64,000 bases of DNA from an uncultured Chloroflexia bacterium (lineage in GTDB: Bacteria; Chloroflexota; Limnocylindria; Limnocylindrales; CSP1-4). The position numbers and the translations under genes were made by a program. The stretch is taken from NCBI GenBank assembly GCA_963766735.1, contig CAVYBU010000006.1, forward strand, positions 128,001 to 192,000, given 5' to 3'. A model generated the notes under the pieces. That model was not told where the DNA came from. It did not search any database and worked only from the letters and a program-made list of their open reading frames with translations. This document shows positions 31,733 through 42,798 of this stretch, piece by piece (the stretch's first letter is position 1; every line of letters begins with the position of its first letter).

Positions 31733-33037
31733 CTACTGGGCCAGCCCGAGGACGTTCGCGAGCCGACCGAGCACGTCGTCGGAGCTGCCGCTGACCAGGA
31801 CGACCCGCCCCGGCTCCGGAACCAGCACGGCGGCGCTCCGGCCCGCGGCCTTGAGCTTCGCGACGAGCGGCTCGAGCGCCGCGGCGTACTCGCCCGCGTC
31901 CGCCTCGGTGTCCCAGGCGGTGTCGAGGACCACGCCAACAGCCCCATCCGGGCCTTTCACGAGCGCAACGCGGTCACCGCCCCAGCCCGCCGCCGCGTCG
32001 CTCGAGTTCGCGGCACCGCCCTCGCGCAGGAGGATCTCGAGCTGCATCTCTCCGAACGTGTCCTGGAGCGGGACCGTCCAGCCGGTGCCCAGCCGCTGCG
32101 CGAGGTCCTCGGGGAACGTCACGACCACCGGCTCCTCCCCCGCGGCCAGCTTGTCGGCGTGGAGGACCTGCTCTGTCGAGGCGGGAGGATTGGCAAAGCG
32201 ATCATCGATCGCGCCGAAGCCTCCCCGGGAGTAGTCGCTGATCGCCAGCCCGATCCCCGAGGTCGCGGGGAACAGCAGGGCCTGTTTGACGATCTCCGGC
32301 AGCTTCGCCAGCGCCGCCTCCGAGGCGGGATCGGTCAGGGACGCCACCTGGCCAAGCTCCGCGGCCGACAGGTTCGCCTGCGCCCACAGACCCATCGTGA
32401 GGTAGGCGTCGCCCTCAACGGCCGTCGTGCGAGCCAGGGACCGGTCGGACTGATCGGTCGCGTCACCGATGAACGCCTCCAGGTCGTGGTTCTGGTCCTG
32501 CAGGGCGTGGGTGTACTCGTGGGCATACGTGATCCTCTCGAGCAGGCCGATCTCGCCCGACTTCGACACCACGTACAGCTGCTTGGTCTTCGAGTCGTAC
32601 ACGCCTGCGGCAGAGCTCGAGTACAGCTCGATGAAGAGGTCCTCCAGCGACGCGTCCTGCGGCATGAGGAGCAGCTCCTTGTAGAGCGTCTCGCCGGCCT
32701 CGACAAGCGACACCGGGGTGTTCTCCCTGAAGTTCTCCGTGAGGATGGTGCGGAGCTCCGCCTCGTCGACCACGTTCCGGGAGACCGGTGTCTTCGGCTG
32801 GAGGCCACGCAGCGCGACCACCTGGTCCTCGATCTCCGCGTAGAGCGCGGCGAGATCAGCCGGGGAGGTGAGGGACGGCGAGGCGGAGGGACTGGCCGGC
32901 GCGGCGGACGAGCCCGGGGATGCGGTGGGCTCCGGGCTGGCCGGAACCCCGCTCGGGCTGGCGGTTCCGCAGGCCGCGACCAGGAGAACGACGGCCGCGA
33001 GGGCGGTTGCGAGCCCGCGATTTCGTAGGAGGGTCAT
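31733..33037 (-). CDS. Lipoprotein with zincin-like HEXXH motif
   Basis: Lipobox VAAC; AHEYTHALQDQ, EGDA, PPASTEQVLH, AAAGWGGD motifs. Confidence 0.85.
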   Translation of the reverse strand: MTLLRNRGLATALAAVVLLVAACGTASPSGVPASPEPTASPGSSAAPASPSASPSLTSPADLAALYAEIEDQVVALRGLQPKTPVSRNVVDEAELRTILTENFRENTPVSLVEAGETLYKELLLMPQDASLEDLFIELYSSSAAGVYDSKTKQLYVVSKSGEIGLLERITYAHEYTHALQDQNHDLEAFIGDATDQSDRSLARTTAVEGDAYLTMGLWAQANLSAAELGQVASLTDPASEAALAKLPEIVKQALLFPATSGIGLAISDYSRGGFGAIDDRFANPPASTEQVLHADKLAAGEEPVVVTFPEDLAQRLGTGWTVPLQDTFGEMQLEILLREGGAANSSDAAAGWGGDRVALVKGPDGAVGVVLDTAWDTEADAGEYAAALEPLVAKLKAAGRSAAVLVPEPGRVVLVSGSSDDVLGRLANVLGLAQ

Positions 33038-33305
33038 GGTGGTGGATATTGCCATGTCTGGCCGACGCACCCCGACTGCGGCACCCTTCCCGGATCGAGA
33101 TGTCCGTTTCTTAACCGTTAGGCCGCTCACGGCTGAATCCGCCGCCGCGTATGTTGCTCTCGGAACAACCCTCACGTTCCATCCTCCCTCCCTCGGGACC
33201 GGGGGCGCCGATTGGGCAGGCGTCTCCGGTCCTTCTCTTTGCCCCGGTTTCACGGGTTCGCAGGACAGGGAGGCCCGAGTGAGCGGCCTGTGCAAGAATC
33301 GGGCC

Positions 33306-33977
33306 ATGGAGCTCACTTGGTACGGAAGAACCTGCATCCGCCTGCGCGGCAAGGACGCTGTCGTCGTGAACGACCCCTACCCATCGATCGTCGGGCCGAC
33401 CGGCCGCGGGATCACTGGTGACGTCGTCACGTTCAGCCACCCCGACGACAGCCCGATGGGCAAGAAGGCGGGCAAGGTCTCGCGGGACGGCGGCACCGTC
33501 ATCCCGACCAGCCTGGAGACGGCGTTCGTGCTGGACGGGCCCGGCGAATACGAGGTTCACGATGCCCTGGTGACGGGCGTTCGGACGTACCGGGATGCGA
33601 CTCGGGGCATCGAGCGGGGTCGCCAGACCGCGTTTGCCACGGAGCTGGACGGGATCCACACGATCCACCTCGGGGACATCGGCCACGAGCTGACCCAGGA
33701 GAAGCTGGGCGATATCGGCCACGTGGACGTCGTGTGCGTCCCGATCGGTGGTGCGCTCTCGGCCACCACGGCGGCCGCCATCGTCGCCCAGCTGGACCCC
33801 AAGATCGTGGTCCCGATGCCGGTCTGCGAGGAAGAGGCGGACTGCGAGGAAGCGCTGAGCAGGTTCCTGCACGAGATGGGCGCGGAGCGGGTGGTGCAGC
33901 AGAAGCTCTCGATCACGGCCTCGAGCCTGCCGGCCGAGACGACGACGGTCCTGCTGGAGTCGCGCGGCAAGGCCTGA
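33306..33977 (+). CDS. MBL-fold metallo-hydrolase (Lactamase_B_3-like)
   Basis: MELTWYG, DP, GPGEYEV, HLGD, PKIVVPM. Confidence 0.85.
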   Translation: MELTWYGRTCIRLRGKDAVVVNDPYPSIVGPTGRGITGDVVTFSHPDDSPMGKKAGKVSRDGGTVIPTSLETAFVLDGPGEYEVHDALVTGVRTYRDATRGIERGRQTAFATELDGIHTIHLGDIGHELTQEKLGDIGHVDVVCVPIGGALSATTAAAIVAQLDPKIVVPMPVCEEEADCEEALSRFLHEMGAERVVQQKLSITASSLPAETTTVLLESRGKA

Positions 33978-33981
33978 GCCG

Positions 33982-34647
33982 GTGACGCCGATCATCGGGG
34001 GGCTGCTCGCGATCGCCGCCTGCGCGGCCGTCATCGACTGGATCGCCGTCTGGGTGGACGGACCGCACTCGCGGACGGTCGAGCGAATCGCCAAGCCGCT
34101 CGTGCTCCTGGCGCTCCTTGGCGCAACGCTCGCCTGGCCGGTGGATTCGGGTGACACCGCCTCCGTTCGTCCGTGGCTGGTCGCCGCGCTGACGGCATCA
34201 CTTGTCGGTGACGTGCTGCTGCTTCCGCCCGGACGGTTCATCCCGGGGCTCATCGCGTTCCTCCTCGCGCACCTGGCGTACCTGGTCGCGTTCGTCCAGA
34301 TGCCCGGTTCGATGCCCTGGGTCATCGTGGGCGTCGTAATGGCGGGCGTCGTCGTCGCCACCGTGGGTCGCGTGGTGCTGCGGGCGGCGCGGCGGGTCGG
34401 GCTCGTGGCGCCGGTTGCCGTCTACCTGGTCGCGATCTGCGGTATGGCGATCGCCGCGACGAGGACGGGCCTGCCGGCCGCGATCCTGGGCGCGTGGCTG
34501 TTCGTCGCCTCCGACGCGATGCTCGCGTGGGGCAGGTTCCGGGTGCCCCTGGCCGGGTCCCCGAGGGGCGCGGCCCGCCTGCGCGGGGCGGTGATGGTCA
34601 CCTATCACCTCGGCCAGGTGCTGCTGGTGGCGGCGCTCCTTCGGTAG
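33982..34647 (+). CDS. YhhN/lysoplasmalogenase family membrane protein
   Basis: KP, SLVGDVLL, FLLAHLAY, GAWLFVASD, TYHLGQ. Confidence 0.9.
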   Translation: MTPIIGGLLAIAACAAVIDWIAVWVDGPHSRTVERIAKPLVLLALLGATLAWPVDSGDTASVRPWLVAALTASLVGDVLLLPPGRFIPGLIAFLLAHLAYLVAFVQMPGSMPWVIVGVVMAGVVVATVGRVVLRAARRVGLVAPVAVYLVAICGMAIAATRTGLPAAILGAWLFVASDAMLAWGRFRVPLAGSPRGAARLRGAVMVTYHLGQVLLVAALLR

Positions 34648-34736
34648 GGCGAGCGCGGACCGGGTCGCTCTGACCACTTGGGCGGGCGCAGATCGGTGGC
34701 TCGTCCGGCGGCCGGAGTTGACCGGACCCGGAGGTG

Positions 34737-36104
34737 TCAGGTTCCGCGGCGATGGACGACGCGGCCGCGCTTCACCACGACGTCGACCAGGTCGGCGCCC
34801 ACCCAGTACGGCAGCTGCTCGACCGACGGAACCCGCCAGATCACGAGGTCGGCCACCTTGTCGGGCTCGATCGCGCCCGCCTGGTCGCCAATCCCGACGG
34901 CGTGCGCCGCGTTGACCGTGACCGCCGCCAGCGCCTCCGCCGGCGAGAGCTTCATCTCCAGGCACGCAATGGTCATCACCAGCGGCAGGTTGGATGTGGG
35001 CGAGGTCCCCGGGTTGAAGTCCGTCCCCAGCGCCACCGGCACACCCGCGTCGATGAACCGGCGGGCCGGCGCGGCGTCGCCGGTCATGAGGAACCAGGTC
35101 GTCGCGGGGAGCAGGGTCGCCACCACCGGCTGCGGACCCTCCGCGGCGGCCGCAAGGGCCGCCAGCCCCTCATCACTCGGGACGTGCAGGTGGTCCGCCG
35201 ACAGCGCCCCAAGCTCCGCGGCGAGCTCAGCGCCGCCCGAGGGCGCCAGCTCGTCCGCATGGAGCCGGACGGCCATCCCGTACCCGATCGCCGCCTGCAG
35301 GATCCGCCGGCTCTGGTCCGCCGTGAACACGCCCTGTTCGCAGAACACGTCGCACGAGCGTGCCCGGCCCTGGGCCGCCACGCCCGGCAGCTGGTCTTCG
35401 ATCACGCTCCGGACGTAGGCCTCCGTACCGTCCGGGCGCGCCCGGAACTCGGGCGGAACAGCGTGGGCGCCCAGGAACGTGGGCACGACGTCCACCGGAC
35501 CCTCGCTCCCCAGCTCGTGGGCAACCGCCAGCAGCCGCAGCTCCGTGGGGAGGTCCAGGCCGTAGCCCGACTTGGCCTCGATCGAGGTGACGCCGTGGCG
35601 AAGCATCTCGTCCAGCCACTGGCGGCCGTGCGCCGCCAGATCCTCGGCCGAGGCTTCGCGGGTGGCGGCCACGGTGGCCAGGATCCCGCCACCCGCCTGG
35701 AGGATCTCCATGTAGCCAGCACCCCGCTGGCGCAGGACCAGCTCCTGCTCGCGGGTCCCGGCGAACAGCAGGTGCGTGTGCGGGTCCACGAGCCCGGGCG
35801 TGACGACGCCACCATCGGCATCCACCCGGACGAACCGGGCCAGGGGATAGCCGCTCAGCTCAAGGCCCTGCTCCACGCGGTCCCGCGGCCCGACCCCGAC
35901 GATCCGGCCCTCCCAGCACGCCACGACGGGCGCGCCCGCCGCGCCGGGACCGCCGACGGGTGCCGCGTCCAGCAGCGCAAGGTCCGCCTGTCCGGGGCCG
36001 CGCCGGATCCCGCCCGCCAGCGTGGCGATCTGCGACGCACCGTGGATCAGGAGCCCGGGGACGTCCGCGTGGCCCAGGCCCCCTTCGATGAGCCGGAGGG
36101 TCAT
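34737..36104 (-). CDS. hutI: Imidazolonepropionase
   Basis: PGLVDPHTH, EAKSGYGL, FLGAHA, DVFCE, LHADEL, GTDFNPG. Confidence 0.96.
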   Translation of the reverse strand: MTLRLIEGGLGHADVPGLLIHGASQIATLAGGIRRGPGQADLALLDAAPVGGPGAAGAPVVACWEGRIVGVGPRDRVEQGLELSGYPLARFVRVDADGGVVTPGLVDPHTHLLFAGTREQELVLRQRGAGYMEILQAGGGILATVAATREASAEDLAAHGRQWLDEMLRHGVTSIEAKSGYGLDLPTELRLLAVAHELGSEGPVDVVPTFLGAHAVPPEFRARPDGTEAYVRSVIEDQLPGVAAQGRARSCDVFCEQGVFTADQSRRILQAAIGYGMAVRLHADELAPSGGAELAAELGALSADHLHVPSDEGLAALAAAAEGPQPVVATLLPATTWFLMTGDAAPARRFIDAGVPVALGTDFNPGTSPTSNLPLVMTIACLEMKLSPAEALAAVTVNAAHAVGIGDQAGAIEPDKVADLVIWRVPSVEQLPYWVGADLVDVVVKRGRVVHRRGT

Positions 36105-37075
36105 GCGGGCTCGCGGGCGGCGGCGAGCCGGAGCTCGAGCGCCATCTGGGGCGAGAAGTCGCGGAGGTGGATCGCGGCGGCCGCGGCGGCCAGGCGCACT
36201 CCGGTGGGGGCATCGGCAGGAACGCCCGCGTGGTCCGCGACGCCCATGAAGGCCGCCAGCGGCGCGAGGCCGATCAGCTCCGACTCGGCCAGCTCCACGC
36301 CGTCCTCCGCGGCCAGCTCCCCCACCGCCTCCCAGGCCTGCCAGAGCGGTGTGACGCGGAAGTCGAGCAGGTTCATGGAAACCTGGGCAAGGACGGGGTG
36401 GCCGCGCTCGGGCTCCTCGACGCGGAACCCGTTGCCCTGGACGCGCGGCAGACCGCCCCCGGACTCCCGGACCCGCCGCGCGATGCGCTTCGCCAGATCC
36501 ACGTCGTCCGAGTCGAGGTTGATGTTCCAGGCGATGAGGAAGGGGCGGGCTCCGACGGCCACCGCACCGGCCCGCGGATGCATGCGGGACGGGCCGAAGT
36601 CCGGCTCCCGGCCGTTGTGCGCGATCTCCGCCTTGAGGCCCTCGTACTGGCCCCGACGCACGTTTGCGAGCGTGACCCTGTCGGAGCGCGTCGCGGCCTG
36701 CGCGTACAGGTAGACCGGCAGGTCATGGCGCGTGGCGATCCTGGCCCCGAACTCGCGGGCCATCTCCACGCAGGCGTCCATCGAGGTGTCGCCGAGCGGC
36801 ACGAACGGGACCACGTCGACGGCCCCGATGCGGGGGTGCTCGCCGGCGTGGGCCTCCATGTCGATGTCGTCGATCGCCTGGGCGATGAGCCGCTCCAGGC
36901 CGGCACTGACGGCCACGTGCTCGCCCGCGACCGTGAACACGGACCGGTTGTGGCTGGCATCCGAGGTGCGGTCCAGGAGATGGACACCCGGTACCGAGGT
37001 CAGGGCATCCGCCAATCGCTCGACCACGTCGAGGCGCCGACCCTCGGAGACGTTGGGAACGGATTCGACGAGCAC
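36101..37075 (-). CDS. ftcD: Glutamate formimidoyltransferase
   Basis: VESVPNVSEGR, D.SHNRSV, HPRIGAVDVVPF, QVSMNL. Confidence 0.94.
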   Translation of the reverse strand: MLVESVPNVSEGRRLDVVERLADALTSVPGVHLLDRTSDASHNRSVFTVAGEHVAVSAGLERLIAQAIDDIDMEAHAGEHPRIGAVDVVPFVPLGDTSMDACVEMAREFGARIATRHDLPVYLYAQAATRSDRVTLANVRRGQYEGLKAEIAHNGREPDFGPSRMHPRAGAVAVGARPFLIAWNINLDSDDVDLAKRIARRVRESGGGLPRVQGNGFRVEEPERGHPVLAQVSMNLLDFRVTPLWQAWEAVGELAAEDGVELAESELIGLAPLAAFMGVADHAGVPADAPTGVRLAAAAAAIHLRDFSPQMALELRLAAAREPA

Positions 37076-37151
37076 GGATCGATGCTACCTGTCCCCGGCG
37101 TCCCGATTGTGACGTGTGCGCGAACCCGCGGGGCACCGATGCCCGGTGCGT

Positions 37152-38837
37152 CTACCCGTCGAGCATCGGGATATGCACCCCGCGCTCCCGGGCAACCTCG
37201 ATGGCGTGCTCGTAGCCCGCGTCCACGTGTCGCGCGACGCCCATTCCCGGGTCGGACGTGAGTACCCGCTCCAGCTTGCGCGCCGCCAGCTCGGTCCCGT
37301 CGGCCACCACGACCATCCCGGCGTGCTGTGAGTACCCGATGCCCGTCCCGCCGCCGTGGTGGATCGAGACCCAGGTGGCTCCCGCGGCGGTGTTCACGAG
37401 CGCGTTGAGCAGCGGCCAGTCGGCCACGGCATCGGACCCGTCCAGCATCGCCTCCGTCTCCCGGTTGGGCGACGCAACGGATCCCGCATCGAGGTGGTCC
37501 CGCCCGATGACGATGGGCGCCTTGACCTCGCCGGCCGCAACCAGGCGGTTGAACTCCAGCCCCGCCTTCGCCCGCTCGCCGTAGCCCAGCCAGCAGATCC
37601 GCGCGGGCAGCCCCTGGAACGGCACCTTGGCCTCGGCCAGCTCCAGCCATCGCCGGAGGCCCCGATCGTGCGGGAACAGCTCCAGCATCGCCTGGTCGGT
37701 GCGGCGGATGTCGTCCGGGTCGCCGGAGAGCGCCACCCAGCGGAACGGGCCCTTGCCTTCACAGAACAGCGGGCGGATGTAGGCGGGCACGAAGCCCGGG
37801 TAGTCGAAGGCGTTTGCGACGCCTCCCTCCTGGGCCTGCGCCCTGAGGTTGTTGCCGTAGTCGAATGCGACGGCGCCGGCCTCCTTGAACGCCAGGATCG
37901 CGCGGACGTGGTCCGCCATCGACCGCACCGACCGCTGCATGTACACGTCCGGCTGCGTGATCCGGAGGACGTGCGCATCACGGAGGGTCAGCTCCGCGGG
38001 CACGTAGCCACCCAGCGAATCGTGCGCAGAGGTCTGGTCCGTGACCACGTCGAAGTATTCGCCGGCCTTCGCCCACGCTGGCTCGATCTCCGCCGCGTTG
38101 CCGATGAGCGCGATCGACAGCGGGTCGTTCGCCTCGGCCGCCTGCCGCGCCATCGCGAGCGCCTCCTGCGGGGAGTGCGTGAACCGGTCCACGTAGCCGA
38201 TCTCGTGACGCCGCCGGGCCCGGGTCTCGTCCACCTCGATCGCGATGCAGACACCCTCGTTCATCGTCACGGCCAGCGGTTGGGCGCCGCCCATCCCGCC
38301 CAGGCCGGCGGTGAGGACCACCTTCCCGCGCAGGGTCCCACCGAAGTGCTGGTGCGCCAGCTCCGCGAACGTCTCGTACGTGCCCTGGAGGATCCCCTGG
38401 GTGCCTATGTAGATCCAGGACCCCGCTGTCATCTGGCCGTACATCATCAGGCCCTGCCGTTCGAGGTCCCGGAAGACGTCCCAGTTCGCCCACTTGCCCA
38501 CGAGGTTCGAATTGGCGATGAGCACCCGGGGCGCCCACTCGTTTGTGCGGAACACGGCCACCGGCTTGCCGGACTGGACGAGGAGGGTCTCGTCGTCGGC
38601 CAGGTTGCGCAGCTCGCGCACGATGGCGTCGAACGCGGGCCAGCTGCGGGCCGCGCGCCCGGTGCCGCCGTAGACGACCAGCTCGTCCGGGTTCTCGGCG
38701 ACTTCCGGGTCCAGGTTGTTCATCAGCATCCGCAGCGCGGCTTCCTGCTGCCAGCCGCGGGTGGACAGGGTGGTGCCGTGCGGGGCTCGGACGGGGCGCG
38801 GACCGGAGGGCGCGACGCCGGGGGCTTCGGTGCTCAC
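37152..38837 (-). CDS. hutU: Urocanate hydratase
   Basis: [56 protein letters not shown]. Confidence 0.98.
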   Translation of the reverse strand: MSTEAPGVAPSGPRPVRAPHGTTLSTRGWQQEAALRMLMNNLDPEVAENPDELVVYGGTGRAARSWPAFDAIVRELRNLADDETLLVQSGKPVAVFRTNEWAPRVLIANSNLVGKWANWDVFRDLERQGLMMYGQMTAGSWIYIGTQGILQGTYETFAELAHQHFGGTLRGKVVLTAGLGGMGGAQPLAVTMNEGVCIAIEVDETRARRRHEIGYVDRFTHSPQEALAMARQAAEANDPLSIALIGNAAEIEPAWAKAGEYFDVVTDQTSAHDSLGGYVPAELTLRDAHVLRITQPDVYMQRSVRSMADHVRAILAFKEAGAVAFDYGNNLRAQAQEGGVANAFDYPGFVPAYIRPLFCEGKGPFRWVALSGDPDDIRRTDQAMLELFPHDRGLRRWLELAEAKVPFQGLPARICWLGYGERAKAGLEFNRLVAAGEVKAPIVIGRDHLDAGSVASPNRETEAMLDGSDAVADWPLLNALVNTAAGATWVSIHHGGGTGIGYSQHAGMVVVADGTELAARKLERVLTSDPGMGVARHVDAGYEHAIEVARERGVHIPMLDG

Positions 38838-38898
38838 GAAGCGAGTCTACGACGGGCACGACGGCGGAGAACGTCCGTAGCGTGCCAGTGGCGAACCG

Positions 38899-39531
38899 TC
38901 AGGGGCGCAGGCCCCGAACCAGCTGCTCCCCGAACCTCTGTTCCCCCAGGGAGAACACGGATACCACGGCCTCGCGCTCCGGCACGTATGCGTGGTAGAC
39001 GCGCAGGCCGCCGGAGCAGGTCGTGACGTACATCGTCCGGTCATCGTCAAGGCCCACCTGGGCATGCGCGGCAACGCCGCCGGCCTGTGCGCAGGCGCCC
39101 TCGTCGTAGGAATCGCGCCAGTCACGGAAGAACGCGTCGGAGAACACGTCCGGCCGCAGGTGGGCGACCACGCCCGAGGCCAGGTCATCCCCCTCCGTCA
39201 CGATCGCGAAGGCGGCGGCATCCACGTTGGCCACGAAGGACGGATCCGCGACCGCCTCGCCGAACGACTCCGGCTCGATCTCCACCCTGGCCGCCCCGAC
39301 GGCTGCCGGCAGGATCTCGATGAGGGCCGGGTCCATCACGACGTCCACGCCGGGGATGTCGCGAGGGCGGGCCGGGCGAGATCGCGGGCACGCCGATGCC
39401 GATGCCGACGGGGTGGGGGTCGATATGGCCGGTGAGGTCGATGTGGCCGGTGGGATGGACCCTTCCGTGGAGCCGCAGCCCGCAATCGCGAGCGCGACCG
39501 CGACCACCGCGAGCCCGCCCCGCACCCTCAC
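38899..39531 (-). CDS. Hypothetical lipoprotein
   Basis: Lipobox IAGC; Ser/Pro/Thr linker; WRDSYDEGAC. Confidence 0.7.
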   Translation of the reverse strand: MRVRGGLAVVAVALAIAGCGSTEGSIPPATSTSPAISTPTPSASASACPRSRPARPRDIPGVDVVMDPALIEILPAAVGAARVEIEPESFGEAVADPSFVANVDAAAFAIVTEGDDLASGVVAHLRPDVFSDAFFRDWRDSYDEGACAQAGGVAAHAQVGLDDDRTMYVTTCSGGLRVYHAYVPEREAVVSVFSLGEQRFGEQLVRGLRP

Positions 39532-40292
39532 CCCAGCTCCCGGCGCAGCACCGGGAAGCGCTCGTCCGACGCCGCGACCACGAAGCCGAGTCGTTCCCAG
39601 AACCCCGGGCCGGCGGCGCTGGTCGCCTCGAGCCGCGCCCCCACCTCCGGGTAGACCTCCACGGCCGCAAAACCCCGGGTGGCGAGGTCGTCGCAGACGG
39701 CGGCGACCAGCGCGGCAGCGTGGCCGCGCCCCCGTCCCTCGGCGGTGGTCGAGATGCAGGTGATCACCGCGGGTAGCGGAGAGACCGGCAATTGCGGGTA
39801 GAGCTCGCGGGTCCGCATTGCCCGAGGGTACGCGGACAACGGGCCGAACTGGGCGTACGCCGCTGGAACGCCGTCCTCCTCCAGCACCTTGGCGTACGAA
39901 CCGAACACCTTGAGGCCGCGGGCGAGGAGCCGGAGCTTGGGCGGCGCGTCGGCAGCCACGCTGGGCCCGGCGGCGGGGCGTGGGGCGAACGGGTTCTCCA
40001 CCGGTTCGTCGTCGCGCTCCAGGAACGGGTTTGCCGCAGGCTGGCGGGCGGCGGGGAGGAACGGGTTCACGGCGGCCCCGTCGTCATCGTCGAGCGCGAA
40101 CGGGTTCCGCGGACGTGCGCGAGCGGGAGCAGGCGCGGACGACGGAGCGAGCCAGGACGCGCGGGCCGCCTTCGAGCCGTGGTCGGCGTCCTCCCAGTAG
40201 TTGCAGGACCGGTGATCGAAGCCGGCGTCCGCGCACGGCGGCACCAGCGCGAACCCGGCCCCATCGATCACGTCGAGGATGCGGATGACCAT
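39528..40292 (-). CDS. GNAT-like acetyltransferase with NPF-repeat insertion
   Basis: C..WE N-terminus, AQFGP...YPR, RGRGHA, FW..LGF; four NPF motifs. Confidence 0.75.
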   Translation of the reverse strand: MVIRILDVIDGAGFALVPPCADAGFDHRSCNYWEDADHGSKAARASWLAPSSAPAPARARPRNPFALDDDDGAAVNPFLPAARQPAANPFLERDDEPVENPFAPRPAAGPSVAADAPPKLRLLARGLKVFGSYAKVLEEDGVPAAYAQFGPLSAYPRAMRTRELYPQLPVSPLPAVITCISTTAEGRGRGHAAALVAAVCDDLATRGFAAVEVYPEVGARLEATSAAGPGFWERLGFVVAASDERFPVLRRELG

Positions 40293-40326
40293 AGGCGGAG
40301 TCTATCGGGCCGCCCGCGAGCCGGGC

Positions 40327-42009
40327 TCAGCCGGGCGTGACGAGGTCCGCCAGGACACCCTCGCGAACGATCGCCAGGCTCGCGGCGAGGTCCGGACCCG
40401 GCTCCCGGTCACCGCCCAGCGGCGTCACGCGCTCGCGGATGCGATCCAGCGCCTCTGCCACGCCCGCGCCCGGAACCGGGGCGCCGGCATTCGCGCCAAC
40501 CGGGGTGCCGGCATCCGCGCCAGAGCCTGACGCCTCACCCGCCTGCGCCGCCAGCGCCGCCAACCGCAGGTCCAGCCCCTGGGCAGCACACATCAGCTCG
40601 ATCGCCACTATCTGCTGCACGTGTCCCAGCACCGTGCGGGCGTGCCGCGCCGCAGCCGCGCCCATCGACACGTGGTCCTCCTGGTTGGCGGACGTGGGGA
40701 TCGAGTCCGCCGAGGACGGGTGCGCCAGGACCTTGTTCTCTGACGCGAGTGCGGCCGCCGTGTACTGGGTGATCATCAGCCCGCTGTTGAGGCCGGGGTC
40801 GGGTGCCAGGAATGCCGGCAACCCGCCGTTGAGACGCGGGTCCATCAGCAGTGCCGTCCGCCGCTCCGAGATCGCGCCGAGCTCGGACAGGGCGAGCTTG
40901 GCAAAGTCCAGCGCCAGCGCGATCGGCTCGCCGTGGAAGTTGCCGCCGCTGATCACCAGGCCACCGCCGGTGGCAAGCGCATCCACGGGCACCTCGCCGC
41001 CGGCCGGGAACACCAGCGGGTTGTCCGTGGCCGAGTTCAGCTCCACGTCCAGCACGCGCCGGAGATGATCCATGGCATCGCGCACGGCCCCGTGGACCTG
41101 CGGCACACAGCGCAGGGAGTACGGGTCCTGCACCTTGTGCGCGCTCCCGTGGTGGGCAGCCTGGAGCCCTGAGTCCCGCAGCAGGTGCCGAAGCTCCGCG
41201 GCCACCATGACCTGCCCGGGGTGCGGGCGCGCCAGCTGGTACGGCGCCGCGTAGGCGACCTCCGTCCCCAGCAGCGCCTCCAGGGACATCGCCGCCGCGA
41301 CGGACGCCGTCCGCAGCAGCCGATCCGCATCGACCAGAAGCAGCGCCCCCAGCGCGCTCATCAGCTGCGTCCCGTTGAGGAGCGCCAGCCCCTCCTTCGC
41401 CTGCAGCACCAGGGGCTCGAGGCCGCACTCGCGGAGCGCAATCATCGCGGGCATCACCTGCCCGCCAAGCTCCACCTGCCCCCGCCCGATGAGCGGCAGC
41501 GCGAGGTGCGCGAGCGGAGCCAGGTCCCCGGACGCCCCGACGCTCCCCTGCTCCGGCACGACCGGATGGATGCCCTTCTCCAGGAACTCGCAGATCCGGT
41601 CCACCAGCAGCGGCCGGCACCCCGAGTGGCCGAGAGCCAGCGTGTTCGCGCGCAGCAGGAGCATCGCCCGCACGACCTCGCGCGGGAACGGGCGGCCGAC
41701 CCCCGCCGCGTGCGAGGCCAGGAGGTTCTCCTGGAGCCGCTCCGCATCCTCGGAGGGGATGAAGGTGGTGGCCAGGTCGCCGAACCCGGTCGTGACCCCG
41801 TAGACCACCTCGCCGCGGGCGACGAGCGTCTCGATGACGTCGCGCGCCTCCTGCATCCGCCCGCGGGCGGCCTCGTCGAGCGATACGCGGGCGCCCGACC
41901 GGGCCACCGCCTCCACGTCGGCCACGGACAGGTCCGCGCCGGTCAGCACGATCAGGTCGCGCGGACCGCGGGCGGGGGATCGCTCGGGGAGCGGATGGGT
42001 CTCGGTCAC
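40327..42009 (-). CDS. hutH: Histidine ammonia-lyase
   Basis: [17 protein letters not shown] (MIO), [33 protein letters not shown]; start GTG 42009 or 42012. Confidence 0.97.
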   Translation of the reverse strand: MTETHPLPERSPARGPRDLIVLTGADLSVADVEAVARSGARVSLDEAARGRMQEARDVIETLVARGEVVYGVTTGFGDLATTFIPSEDAERLQENLLASHAAGVGRPFPREVVRAMLLLRANTLALGHSGCRPLLVDRICEFLEKGIHPVVPEQGSVGASGDLAPLAHLALPLIGRGQVELGGQVMPAMIALRECGLEPLVLQAKEGLALLNGTQLMSALGALLLVDADRLLRTASVAAAMSLEALLGTEVAYAAPYQLARPHPGQVMVAAELRHLLRDSGLQAAHHGSAHKVQDPYSLRCVPQVHGAVRDAMDHLRRVLDVELNSATDNPLVFPAGGEVPVDALATGGGLVISGGNFHGEPIALALDFAKLALSELGAISERRTALLMDPRLNGGLPAFLAPDPGLNSGLMITQYTAAALASENKVLAHPSSADSIPTSANQEDHVSMGAAAARHARTVLGHVQQIVAIELMCAAQGLDLRLAALAAQAGEASGSGADAGTPVGANAGAPVPGAGVAEALDRIRERVTPLGGDREPGPDLAASLAIVREGVLADLVTPG

Positions 42010-42040
42010 CACGCCGAGGATAGTCCGCTACCCTCAGTCC

Positions 42041-42742
42041 GTGTTCGACTTCCTGAACGGCCCCGTCCGTGATCTCGTGACACAGATCTACGAGGCGGTC
42101 GGCTACCTCGGCGTCGCCCTGTGGGTGGCGATCGAGAGCGTGATCATCCCCATCCCGTCCGAGGTGGTGCTGCCGTTCGCCGGCTTCCTGGCGGCTGACC
42201 CGTCGTCCCTCGAGTCGATCACCGGCGCGCGCTGGAGCATCCCCCTGCTGGTGGTCTTTGCGACGATCGGCTCGCTCGTCGGGGCTCTGATCGCCTATGC
42301 CATCGGGTACTGGGGTGGACGACCGTTGCTCATCCGCTGGGGCCGCTTTCTGCGGTTCACGGAGGACGACCTCGTGCGCACCGAGGGGTTCTTCGAGCGA
42401 TGGGGCACGGCTGCGGCCCTGCTCGGACGGCTGGTACCGGTCGTCCGGTCGCTGGTCTCGTTCGGGGCAGGGGTGGGCAGGATGCGCCTCGGCCCCTTCG
42501 TGCTGTACACGGTCCTGGGCTCCGCGCTCTGGAACTTCGCCCTGATCCTCACCGGCTACCTGCTGGGCGAGAACTGGAACGTGGTCGGCGCACTGCTCAA
42601 GCAGTACGAGTACCTTGTCCTGGCGGTCCTGGCGGTCGCGTGCCTGGTCTGGGTCTGGTTCCGCTTCATCCGGCCGCGGCGGGGTGCGCCCGGACTCGAG
42701 GAGCCACCCGCGCCCGAGGCCTCCGCCGGACCTGACGCGTAG
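42041..42742 (+). CDS. DedA family membrane protein
   Basis: IESVIIPIPSEVVLPFAG, GRLVPVVRSLVS..AG. Confidence 0.92.
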   Translation: MFDFLNGPVRDLVTQIYEAVGYLGVALWVAIESVIIPIPSEVVLPFAGFLAADPSSLESITGARWSIPLLVVFATIGSLVGALIAYAIGYWGGRPLLIRWGRFLRFTEDDLVRTEGFFERWGTAAALLGRLVPVVRSLVSFGAGVGRMRLGPFVLYTVLGSALWNFALILTGYLLGENWNVVGALLKQYEYLVLAVLAVACLVWVWFRFIRPRRGAPGLEEPPAPEASAGPDA

Positions 42743-42798
42743 CCCGCCACCCGAACGCTGGGCGGCCACGCGCTACGCCCAGCTGCGGCGGCCTCGCG

